Part shown: in pieces, positions 24,629-32,000 of the stretch | Position numbering within the stretch: the first letter of the stretch is position 1 | How the letters are laid out: each line of letters starts with the position of its first letter | Position numbers and translations under genes: made by a program | Notes under the pieces: generated by a model | The model's database searches: none | Told to the model about the DNA's origin: nothing | Seen by the model: the letters and a program-made list of their open reading frames with translations, nothing else | DNA from: Candidatus Electronema halotolerans | GTDB taxonomy: Bacteria > Desulfobacterota > Desulfobulbia > Desulfobulbales > Desulfobulbaceae | DNA length: 32,000 bases | Reading direction: 5' to 3' | Assembly: GCA_942493095.1 (NCBI GenBank) | Contig: OW818675.1 | Coordinates: 1,170,001-1,202,000 of the forward strand

Positions 24629-26337
24629 TTCACCGCATTTTCAGCAGCCTGCCAACCTTCAAGGAACTGGAATTTCATTCCGGTCTGAATATCCTCATCG
24701 CGCAGAAGGAAGCTGGAGCCACAGACAAGCAGACTCGGAACCGGGCAGGAAAGACCAGTCTGATCGAGATCATTCATTTTCTTGCTGGGGCGAATGTTGA
24801 GAAAGATTCCATTTTTCGTTCTGAGGCACTCAAGAACGAATCGTTCAGCATGACTTTCGACTTTGGCGGCGAATTAGTCACCGCAAGACGTTCCGGCAAG
24901 GAAGCAGCTAAACTGCATCTGGAAGGAGCCAATTTTCCCAACGGAAAGACGCAGCTTTCCAACAAAGATTGGATTTCTGTGCTCGGCGGCAAGATGTTTG
25001 GGCTGAATAACCTTGAAGGCAGTCCGCCCTCTTTCCGGCAGCTTTTTCCGTACTTTGTCCGCCGTCAGAACAGCAATGGCTTCATAGAACCAGAAAAACA
25101 TACTAAGATGCAAAAGCCGGGCGATGTGCAGACAGCTCTGCTTTACCTGCTTGATCTTGACTGGCAGATTGCTGGAGAATGGCAGCAAGTGCGTGATCAG
25201 GAAAAAACTTTGAAAGAGCTGAAAAAGGCGGCTGGCAGCGGTGCCTTCGACGGTTTCATTGGCAAAGCATCTGAACTTCGCACAGACCTGACAGTCGCCG
25301 AGGCGAAACTGAAAGAAATGCAGGAGCAGCTGGGCAAATTCCGCGTCCTGCCGCAATATGCCGAACTGGAGGCCGAAGCTGACCAGCTCACCAAGCAGAT
25401 CAACGAGCTGGCCAATGCCAATGTGGCTGATGCCGCAGCCATCCGCGATTTGGAGGCTGCCATGCGTTCTGAAGCTCCGCCGCCGCTTGATGAACTGGAG
25501 AGCATTTACGCCGAAGCTGGCGTTTCCTTGCCCGGACTTGCCCTGAAACGGTATGAAGAGGTGCGGGCATTCCATCAGTCGGTCATCCGCAACCGCCGCG
25601 ACTATCTTGCCGATGAGCTGGAGGCTGCCAAGCAGCGGGTGAAGGCGCGGGAGAAGCAGAAACAGGCTTTTGATGAACGTCAGTCTGTGGTGATGAATCT
25701 GCTGCAAAGCTGCGGTGCCCTTGACCAGTTTTCCAAATTGCAAGAAGAAGCCGCCCGGCAGAAAAGTGCAGTGGAAGCCTTGCGCCATCGTTTTGCCGCT
25801 GCCGAACAGTTGGAAGAGACCAAGAATGAACTGCATCTGGAGCGCAACCGGCTTGAACAGCGGCTCCGTCGGGACTTTGCGGAACAAAACGACCGCCTTG
25901 CCGATGCCATTCTTGCCTTTGAAGCAACCTCAAAGCGTCTCTATGAATCCGCAGGCAAGATGAATGTCGATCCAACCTCGAACGGCCCCAAATTTGAATT
26001 TCCCATGCAGGGTTCCCGCAGCAAGGGCATTAAGAATATGCAGATATTCTGCTTTGACATGATGCTCATGCGGCTCTGCGTCAAGCGCGGCATCGGCCCC
26101 GGTTTTCTTGTCCATGACAGCCACCTGTTCGACGGCGTGGATGGCCGCCAGCTTGTCAGCGCCCTCAAGGTTGGTGCGGAAACAGCAGAGCAGCTCGGTT
26201 TTCAGTATATCGTCACCATGAACGAGGACGATGCCTTTAAAGAGACTGCTGACGGCTTTGCTGTGCGGCAGCATGTCCTCCCGGTTGTTCTCACTGATGC
26301 GAAGGAAGACGGCGGTCTGTTCGGCTGCCGCTTCTGA
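24625..26337 (+). CDS. DUF2326-type ABC ATPase with an SMC/Rad50-like coiled-coil insert (ABC-3C / LmuB-like core)
   Basis: 570 aa. N-terminus IHRIFSS..FKELEFHSGLNILIA...NRAGKTSLIEIIHFL (Walker A). About 250 aa of heptad-rich Glu/Lys/Ala/Leu sequence. C-terminus QGSRSKG (signature-like) and GFLVHDSHLFDGVD (Walker B/D-loop). Confidence 0.75.
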   Translation: MIHRIFSSLPTFKELEFHSGLNILIAQKEAGATDKQTRNRAGKTSLIEIIHFLAGANVEKDSIFRSEALKNESFSMTFDFGGELVTARRSGKEAAKLHLEGANFPNGKTQLSNKDWISVLGGKMFGLNNLEGSPPSFRQLFPYFVRRQNSNGFIEPEKHTKMQKPGDVQTALLYLLDLDWQIAGEWQQVRDQEKTLKELKKAAGSGAFDGFIGKASELRTDLTVAEAKLKEMQEQLGKFRVLPQYAELEAEADQLTKQINELANANVADAAAIRDLEAAMRSEAPPPLDELESIYAEAGVSLPGLALKRYEEVRAFHQSVIRNRRDYLADELEAAKQRVKAREKQKQAFDERQSVVMNLLQSCGALDQFSKLQEEAARQKSAVEALRHRFAAAEQLEETKNELHLERNRLEQRLRRDFAEQNDRLADAILAFEATSKRLYESAGKMNVDPTSNGPKFEFPMQGSRSKGIKNMQIFCFDMMLMRLCVKRGIGPGFLVHDSHLFDGVDGRQLVSALKVGAETAEQLGFQYIVTMNEDDAFKETADGFAVRQHVLPVVLTDAKEDGGLFGCRF

Positions 26338-26352
26338 AGCGGAATCCTCCCC

Positions 26353-29133
26353 ATGCCCCCACTAAGCTGGAACGAAATCAAGTCCCGTGCGGTCGCCTTT
26401 TCCCGCGACTGGGCTGAGGAAGCCTCTGAGAACGCTGAGGCCAAGACCTTCTGGAACGAGTTCTTCCATATCTTCGGCATCAGTCGCCGCAAGATCGCCA
26501 GCTTTGAGCAGCGGGTCAAGAAGCTCGACAGCCGCGACGGCTACATTGACTTGCTCTGGAAAGGAATGCTGCTCATTGAGCACAAGTCGCGGGGCGGCGA
26601 CCTTGACCGTGCGCACGAGCAGGCCCTCGGCTATTTCCCCGGCCTCAAGGAGCGCGAGCTGCCGCGCTACATTCTGGTGTGCGACTTTGCCCGCTTCCGC
26701 CTCTACGATCTGGAGGAGGACAGCCGCCATGACTTCACGCTCACGGAGTTGCACAAGAACGTGCGGCTTTTCGGCTTCATAGCCGGTTATCAGACGCACG
26801 CCCTGCGCGAGCAGGACCCGGTCAATATCAAGGCGGCAGAGCGCATGGGCCGTCTGCACGACCAGCTCAAGGAGGCGGGCTATCTTGGCCAGCCGCTGGA
26901 AGTCTGCCTTGTCCGCCTGCTCTTCTGCCTCTTTGCCGAGGACACCGGCATCTTTGAGCGGCAGCAGTTTCAGGAGCTGATTGAGCAGCGCACCCGCGAG
27001 GACGGCAGCGATCTTGGCCCGCAGCTTGCCCAGCTTTTCCAGACCCTGAACTTGCCGGAGAGCCGCCGCTACAAGAATCTGGATGAGCAGCTTGCCGCCT
27101 TTCCTTTCATCAACGGCAGGCTTTTTGAGGAATCTCTGCCCATTGCCGCCTTTGATACGGCCATGCGCCAGACCCTGCTGGACTGCTGCGGATTGGACTG
27201 GTCGCGCATCTCGCCCGCCATTTTTGGTTCGTTGTTCCAATCCATTATGGACAAGCAGGCGCGTCGCAACCTTGGCGCGCACTACACCAGCGAGAGCAAC
27301 ATTCTCAAGCTGATTAAACCGCTCTTTCTCGACCGGCTGCGGGAGGAATTTGACAAGATCAGGAGCAGGAAGACGGGCCGGGACAAGCTGCTGGCCGAGT
27401 TCCATAAGAAGCTGCGCAGCCTGACCTTTCTTGATCCGGCCTGTGGCTGCGGCAACTTCTTGGTCATTGCCTACCGCGAGCTGCGTCTGCTGGAATTGGA
27501 CATCCTGCGTGAGCTGCTCAAGAACCAGAGGGGCCAGCAGAGTTTGGATGTGCGCGGCCTGCTCCGCTTGGATGTTGACCAGTTCTTCGGCATTGAGCTG
27601 GAGGAGTTTCCGGCCCAGATCGCCCAAGTTGCCCTCTGGCTGACTGACCATCAGATGAACCAGCGCGTTTCCGAGGAGTTCGGCCTCTACTTTGTCCGCA
27701 TTCCGCTCAAGACCAGCCCGCACATCATCTGCGCCAATGCCCTGCGCATGGACTGGAACGAGCTGATTCCGGCGGAGCGGCTCAGTTGCATCATGGGCAA
27801 TCCGCCGTTTGTGGGGAAAAAGGAGCAATCCGCCGAGCAGAAAGCTGATTTTGTTCCTGTCATGAAAGGAATCCATAGTGCCGGTCTGTTAGATTTCGTC
27901 ACCGCTTGGTATGTGAAAGCAGTCCGAATGATTCAAAGCAGTTCAATCCGCTGCGCCTTTGTCTCCACCAACTCCATCTGCCAAGGCGAGCAGGTCGGGG
28001 TTTTGTGGAGCTGGCTGCTGGCGCAGGGCATCAAGATTTTCTTTGCTCACCGCACCTTTCAGTGGAGCAATGAGGCGCGGGGCAAGGCAGCGGTGCATTG
28101 TGTGATTGTCGGCTTTGCTTATGAGGACATCAGCCCGAAATGGCTCTTTGAGTATGAGGACATCAAAAGTGAGCCTCAGCGCATCGCGGCGGAGAACATC
28201 AATCCATATCTTGTGAATGCGTCGAACGTGGTTCTTCAAAGAAGATCAAAGCCCATTTGTAACGTCCCGGAAATCAACAAAGGCAGCGAGGCAACGGACT
28301 TTGGGCATCTTTTTTTGAACGTCGAAGAAAAGGCATTTCTGGAAAAAGAGAATCCGCTTGCAAGCAGGTGGATACGCCAAGTCTTTGGCTCAAATGAATT
28401 CATCAACAATGAAGAAAGATTCTGTCTCTGGCTTGTTGGAATTTCTCCGGCAGAGCTGAAGACCATGCCTTTAGTCATGGAACGTGTCGCCAAAGTCAGA
28501 CAGGAACGGCTAAACAGCAAAAAAGACCGTACAAAAGAATGGGCTGATCAGCCGTTTTTGTTCAGCGAGAATAGGCAGCCGGAAAGCAATTATCTTGCAG
28601 TACCGAAAGTTTCTTCAGAGAGAAGGCCGTATTTGCCGATTGGCTATTTGAAGCCTGAACAGATAGCAACAGGAAGTCTGCAAGTTATTCCTTTCGCAGA
28701 GTTGTATCATTTTGGCATACTGAGTTCTATTATGCACATGGCATGGATGCGGCATGTCTGCGGTCGCCTTGAAAGCCGTTACCAATATTCCAACAGTATT
28801 GTTTACAACAACTTCCCTTGGCCGGACAATCCCTCTGCCAAGCAGCGGCAGGCGGTGGAAGACAAGGCGCAGGCTGTTTTGGATGCCCGCGCTCAGTTCC
28901 CGGACTCCTCGCTCGCTGATCTCTACGACCCGCTGACCATGCCGCCCGCGCTGCTCAAGGCGCACCGCGCTTTGGACAAGGCTGTGGATGCCGCCTACGG
29001 CAAAACCGACTTTGCCGCTGAGGCCGAGCGCGTCGCTTTCCTCTTTGATCTCTACCAGAAATACACGGCCAGCCTTCTGCCAGCAGCGGCAAAGAAGAAA
29101 ACATCGGGCCGACGGCGCAGGGGCAGTTCATGA
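26353..29133 (+). CDS. MmeI-family type IIL (IIG) single-chain restriction-modification enzyme (nuclease + gamma-class N6-adenine methyltransferase + TRD)
   Basis: 926 aa. N-terminus FWNEFFHIFG...GYIDLLWKGMLLIEHKSRG gives D66-X9-E76-X-K78, the same spacing as the MmeI nuclease motif as I recall it. Motif I FLDPACGCGNFLV, motif IV GNPPFVGKK. Size and order match MmeI. It starts 15 nt after the ABC ATPase stop. Confidence 0.85.
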   Translation: MPPLSWNEIKSRAVAFSRDWAEEASENAEAKTFWNEFFHIFGISRRKIASFEQRVKKLDSRDGYIDLLWKGMLLIEHKSRGGDLDRAHEQALGYFPGLKERELPRYILVCDFARFRLYDLEEDSRHDFTLTELHKNVRLFGFIAGYQTHALREQDPVNIKAAERMGRLHDQLKEAGYLGQPLEVCLVRLLFCLFAEDTGIFERQQFQELIEQRTREDGSDLGPQLAQLFQTLNLPESRRYKNLDEQLAAFPFINGRLFEESLPIAAFDTAMRQTLLDCCGLDWSRISPAIFGSLFQSIMDKQARRNLGAHYTSESNILKLIKPLFLDRLREEFDKIRSRKTGRDKLLAEFHKKLRSLTFLDPACGCGNFLVIAYRELRLLELDILRELLKNQRGQQSLDVRGLLRLDVDQFFGIELEEFPAQIAQVALWLTDHQMNQRVSEEFGLYFVRIPLKTSPHIICANALRMDWNELIPAERLSCIMGNPPFVGKKEQSAEQKADFVPVMKGIHSAGLLDFVTAWYVKAVRMIQSSSIRCAFVSTNSICQGEQVGVLWSWLLAQGIKIFFAHRTFQWSNEARGKAAVHCVIVGFAYEDISPKWLFEYEDIKSEPQRIAAENINPYLVNASNVVLQRRSKPICNVPEINKGSEATDFGHLFLNVEEKAFLEKENPLASRWIRQVFGSNEFINNEERFCLWLVGISPAELKTMPLVMERVAKVRQERLNSKKDRTKEWADQPFLFSENRQPESNYLAVPKVSSERRPYLPIGYLKPEQIATGSLQVIPFAELYHFGILSSIMHMAWMRHVCGRLESRYQYSNSIVYNNFPWPDNPSAKQRQAVEDKAQAVLDARAQFPDSSLADLYDPLTMPPALLKAHRALDKAVDAAYGKTDFAAEAERVAFLFDLYQKYTASLLPAAAKKKTSGRRRRGSS

Positions 29134-29203
29134 GTACGGGACTCCGGGACGGGGCAAACGCTGTTCGCGGATATCCAATGGATCGACAGCATGGTTGCGG
29201 TCT

Positions 29204-29249
29204 GATCCTGAGCCTGCTCATCGTCCGACCCTGAGCCTGCAATCGTATT
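29204..29249. repeat. Two-unit direct repeat with a 23-bp period (ga[t/c]cctgagcctgc...)
   Basis: cctgagcctgc occurs at 29207-29217 and 29230-29240, in the intergenic region between the MmeI-like and TPR genes. Confidence 0.8.
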
Positions 29250-29360
29250 GCGCGAAAGAAAGCTGCTCACCCCTCCCCTCCAGCCGCTCCATGAGGAAGT
29301 CAGCAGCAGGCAAGATATAAAAAAAACTTGAGCAACCAACACACTTGAGAGGTGACTGCC

Positions 29361-30299
29361 ATGAAGAATCTGAGCAAAGGAGATAAATCGCAGGCTTTCT
29401 ACGAACGAACGGTGAAGGAGATGCGGCGTGAGTTGACGTTCCATGAGCAGGCGTTCGGCAAAGATCATCCCAAAGTGGTGAGCACGCTGAACCGGCTGGC
29501 CTCGTTCTGCAAAACGCAAGGCCACCCTGCGGAGGCGGAGCAATACTGGCAGCGGGTGCTGGCAATTGTTGAGCAAACGTACGGCAGAGACCATCTTGAG
29601 ACAGCGTCAGTTCTGATCGAACTGATCGAACTGTATGAAGAGCAGGGCCGCCCTGCGGACGCGGAGCCGCTGTATCAGCGCACCTTGGCAATCTATGAGC
29701 AGGCGCACGGCCCGGCGCACAAGTCTGTGGCGACCACCCTGCACAATCTTGCCCTGGCCTGCAATGCGCAGGGCCGCCCTGATGAGGCGGAAACGCTCCT
29801 GCTCCGCGCTGTGGCCATCTATGAGCAGTTGTTCGGCCCGGAGCATCCACAGCTGGCAGTTCCCCTGAAGAACTTGGCTACAGTGCATTTCAAGCAGGAG
29901 CGCAGCGCGGCGGCCAAGCCGTTCTACGAGCGTTCGCTGGCAATCCGGGAGAAGGAGCTTGGCCCAGAGCATCCGGTGCTCATAGAGCAGATAACCTCGC
30001 TGTCCGCAGTCTATTACGATCTGGGGGATGCTGATGCGGCGGAGCAGCTTATGCAGCGCGCACTGGCAATCAGCGAGAAGGCCTATGGAGCTGCCCACCC
30101 TGTGACAGCCCAGACTCTGAGCTATCTTGCCAGCCTGTATGAAGAGCAGGGCCGCTGCGAGGCAGCGGAAATGCTCTATGAGTGCGCTCTTGTCAGCATC
30201 AAGGCTGCGCTCCCCAGCGGGCATCCTGATTTGCAGCGGTTTCAGGAAAACCACGAGAGACTGAAAGCAAGGCTGGCTTGGCAAAACAGTCAGAGCTGA
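29361..30299 (+). CDS. Stand-alone tetratricopeptide-repeat protein (kinesin-light-chain-type TPR_10/12 units)
   Basis: About seven 42-aa units of the form AE.LYQRALAI.E...G..HP.VA..L.NLA.L. Start is ATG 29361 (GAGGTG 7 nt upstream). Confidence 0.8.
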   Translation: MKNLSKGDKSQAFYERTVKEMRRELTFHEQAFGKDHPKVVSTLNRLASFCKTQGHPAEAEQYWQRVLAIVEQTYGRDHLETASVLIELIELYEEQGRPADAEPLYQRTLAIYEQAHGPAHKSVATTLHNLALACNAQGRPDEAETLLLRAVAIYEQLFGPEHPQLAVPLKNLATVHFKQERSAAAKPFYERSLAIREKELGPEHPVLIEQITSLSAVYYDLGDADAAEQLMQRALAISEKAYGAAHPVTAQTLSYLASLYEEQGRCEAAEMLYECALVSIKAALPSGHPDLQRFQENHERLKARLAWQNSQS

Positions 30300-30387
30300 T
30301 CGTTCTCAATGCAGCATGGGCAGGCAGCAGTCAGACCGCAGCGCAATCACTTTTTTTCTGCTGGAAACCAGCAAGGAGCGGGCAGCA

Positions 30388-31182
30388 ATGAAAACACATT
30401 GCAGCAACAAGGGCGGCAGCAGGCCGCAGCGCAGGACAGAGGAGGAGCCGGACGAGAGTCTGCTCTGGGGCATCAATGCAGTGGCTGAGGCCCTGCGCGG
30501 CAGGCCCCGCAGTCTGAGCGAGGTGCTGATTGAAAAGGGCCGGGCCGGAGGCAGGCTGGAGGAGATTATTGAGGCGGCCCGCTCTGCCGGGGTGCGGCTC
30601 CGCTTTGTTGAGCCTGACCGGCTGGGCCTGCCCAAGAGTTGCAGGCACCAAGGGGTTGCGGCCCGCCAGACTGAGGCCGAGCTGCTGCCGCTGGCCGAGC
30701 TGCTGGCCGCCGGGCCGGAGCGCATTCTCCTGCTCGACTCAATTCAGGACCCGCGCAACCTTGGCTCCATCCTCCGCTCGGCCTTGGCCGCAGGCTTCAG
30801 CTCAGTCATTCTCACTGCCGAGCGCAGCGCGCCCTTGAGCGGCACTGTGACCCGCGCCTCTGCCGGAGCGATTGCCCATATGCGCCTTGCCCGCGTGGTC
30901 AATCTGGCCGAGGCTCTGCGCCAGCTCAAGGAGCAGGGCTGGTGGATTTACGGAGCTGTGGCCGAGCCGGAAGTCCAGTCCATCTATCAGACTGATTTCA
31001 GCGGCAGGATCGGCTTGGTCATTGGCAGCGAGGGCAAGGGCATCCGCCCGTTAGTGCGCAAACTCTGCGATCATCTGGTGACTATCCCCATGCCGGGCGC
31101 GTTCAACTCGCTCAACGCCTCAGTTGCCGCCGCCCTGATCATGTTTGAGGCAGTGCGGCAGCGGGCTGACCTTGCGCCGTGA
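30388..31182 (+). CDS. rlmB: 23S rRNA (guanosine-2'-O)-methyltransferase, SpoU/TrmH family
   Basis: LWGINAVAEAL (substrate-binding N-domain). LLLDSIQDPRNLGSILRSA, LVIGSEGKGIRP and IPMPGAFNSLNASVAAALIMFE (SPOUT motifs 1-3). ATG 30388 is preceded by AAGGAG. Confidence 0.8.
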   Translation: MKTHCSNKGGSRPQRRTEEEPDESLLWGINAVAEALRGRPRSLSEVLIEKGRAGGRLEEIIEAARSAGVRLRFVEPDRLGLPKSCRHQGVAARQTEAELLPLAELLAAGPERILLLDSIQDPRNLGSILRSALAAGFSSVILTAERSAPLSGTVTRASAGAIAHMRLARVVNLAEALRQLKEQGWWIYGAVAEPEVQSIYQTDFSGRIGLVIGSEGKGIRPLVRKLCDHLVTIPMPGAFNSLNASVAAALIMFEAVRQRADLAP

Positions 31183-31420
31183 ACGCATCCAATTCCTCGC
31201 CTCGTGCCTGCCCTTTTGGGACTGGTGCTGCGGGATCACCGCTGCCTGCTGGGGCAGACGGAGCAAAGTAAGGACGGATTACCAGTGCTCCCATTCACAG
31301 GCTCTTAGTATGAGGAGGCTCATACGGACAGACATGGGAGGCGCATGTCTGTCGTATAGCCGGAGCATCATAAAGTGACGAATCATCCTGCTTCGGCTGC
31401 ATGCAAGCAGAGATGTCCTG

Positions 31421-31535
31421 CCGATCAAATGCCTGCATTCGTACCGATCAAATGCATGCATTCGTTCCTATCAAATGCCTGCATTCGTGTCGATCAAATG
31501 CCTGCATTCGTGCCTGTCAAATAAATGACACGAGG
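31421..31535. repeat. Tandem array, exact 23-bp period, four good units plus one degenerate unit; each contains the (near-)palindrome AATGC(C/A)TGCATT
   Basis: Units: ccgatcaaatgcctgcattcgta (31421), ccgatcaaatgcatgcattcgtt (31444), cctatcaaatgcctgcattcgtg (31467), tcgatcaaatgcctgcattcgtg (31490), cctgtcaaataaatgacacgagg (31513). There are no spacers, and the array is intergenic. Confidence 0.9.
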
Positions 31536-31646
31536 AATAGTCAGGCTATCCGGCTTTGACTATATGAGCCTCCTTGCTCTTTGGTGGAGAAGGAAGGCGG
31601 GCGCACAACGCGCCCTTGGCAATGGCGCATCAACCAAGGAGCACCC

Positions 31647-31917
31647 ATGCAATACGTGAAAGAATGCCTGCAACTGCTGTACTGGATTTACTTCAAGCCC
31701 TACACCCTGAAGCAGCATGTACGGGAGATATGCCCGGAGGCAGCCCGGCGATGTGGGGGCAATCCTGCTGGCCGCCTTGACCAAAGGAGAGGCCGTGCCG
31801 CCGGAGCTGAACGCGGCTGCGGCTGTCCTCCTGCGCAAGGAAGTGCTGGTGCAGGAGAACAGCGGCTATGCCTTCAAGGTGCGGCTTATCGGGAAATGGA
31901 TTGCGGCGAGGGGCTGA
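31647..31917 (+). pseudogene. Possible remnant of a large STAND/AAA-like ATPase gene (N-terminal about 28 codons joined out of frame to a C-terminal about 55 codons)
   Basis: The frame from 31647 reads MQYVKECLQLLYWIYFKPYTLKQHVREI, then degenerates into Gly/Arg/Cys-rich nonsense. The +1 frame reads ...AILLAALTKGEAVPPELNAAAAVLLRKEVLVQENSGYAFKVRLIGKWIAARG*, which looks like the C-terminal wHTH end of AAA-like/STAND proteins. Confidence 0.3.
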
Positions 31918-32000
31918 CTGAGCAATGCCGACTGGAGGACTTTTGCCTTCACTGCTGGGGCTGCATCTCCTGCACCGCCTCTGTCGCCAAGTCGGCCACA

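Noticed and set aside
26353-29133. BREX PglX methyltransferase.
   Set aside because: The N-terminal D-X9-E-X-K nuclease motif is intact, and the size (926 aa) matches MmeI rather than PglX. No brxA/B/C, pglZ or brxL genes are nearby.
31309-31356. Two adjacent hairpins after rlmB (gtatgag/ctcatac, and a 13-bp stem at 31323-31356), considered as a terminator or sRNA.
   Set aside because: No U-tract follows either hairpin and I cannot assess conservation. They are too weak to call.
1-32000. tRNA, rRNA, transposase, integrase or att-site evidence for the low-GC blocks.
   Set aside because: None was recognised by eye. The mobility of the 5078-6840 and 22610-29133 blocks is inferred from composition and gene content only.

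Overview
All calls rest on motif recognition and hand inspection; no similarity searches were run. This is a high-GC bacterial chromosomal window (hand counts about 55-70% GC in core genes). It carries the reductive-type dissimilatory sulfite reductase genes dsrA-dsrB-dsrD, so a Desulfobacterota-like sulfite/sulfate reducer or sulfur disproportionator is likely (inference only). Gene order, left to right:
- exbB(partial)-exbD-tonB, then dsrABD.
- A low-GC insert with an SGNH hydrolase and a mazEF toxin-antitoxin pair.
- ribH-nusB, a protein with two biotinyl/lipoyl-like barrels, and a divergent biotin-protein ligase.
- Minus strand: a histidine kinase, an OmpR-type response regulator and an LRR-Roc-COR (ROCO) GTPase, chained by ATGA overlaps.
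- Minus strand: a GAF-sigma54 activator (NifA-like), a NifV-like homocitrate synthase, an MBL hydrolase, Mrp/ApbC, hflKC and a rhomboid protease.
- A lower-GC defence island: a decayed AlbA_2/COG2865 regulator remnant and a three-gene ABC-3C / Lamassu-like module (effector, 81-aa middle component, DUF2326-type coiled-coil ABC ATPase). An MmeI-family type IIL restriction-modification enzyme follows 15 nt downstream.
- A stand-alone TPR protein, rlmB, a 23-bp tandem array and a STAND-like gene remnant.

The most interesting signals are:
1. The ROCO-RR-HK translationally coupled operon, preceded by five 23-bp-phased palindromic motifs.
2. The ABC-3C + MmeI four-gene unit, with a sharp low-GC cassette exactly over the predicted target-recognition domain of the MmeI-like gene.
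3. The recurrence of exactly 23-bp-period direct repeats at three intergenic loci.

No rRNA, tRNA, CRISPR array, transposase or integrase was recognised.
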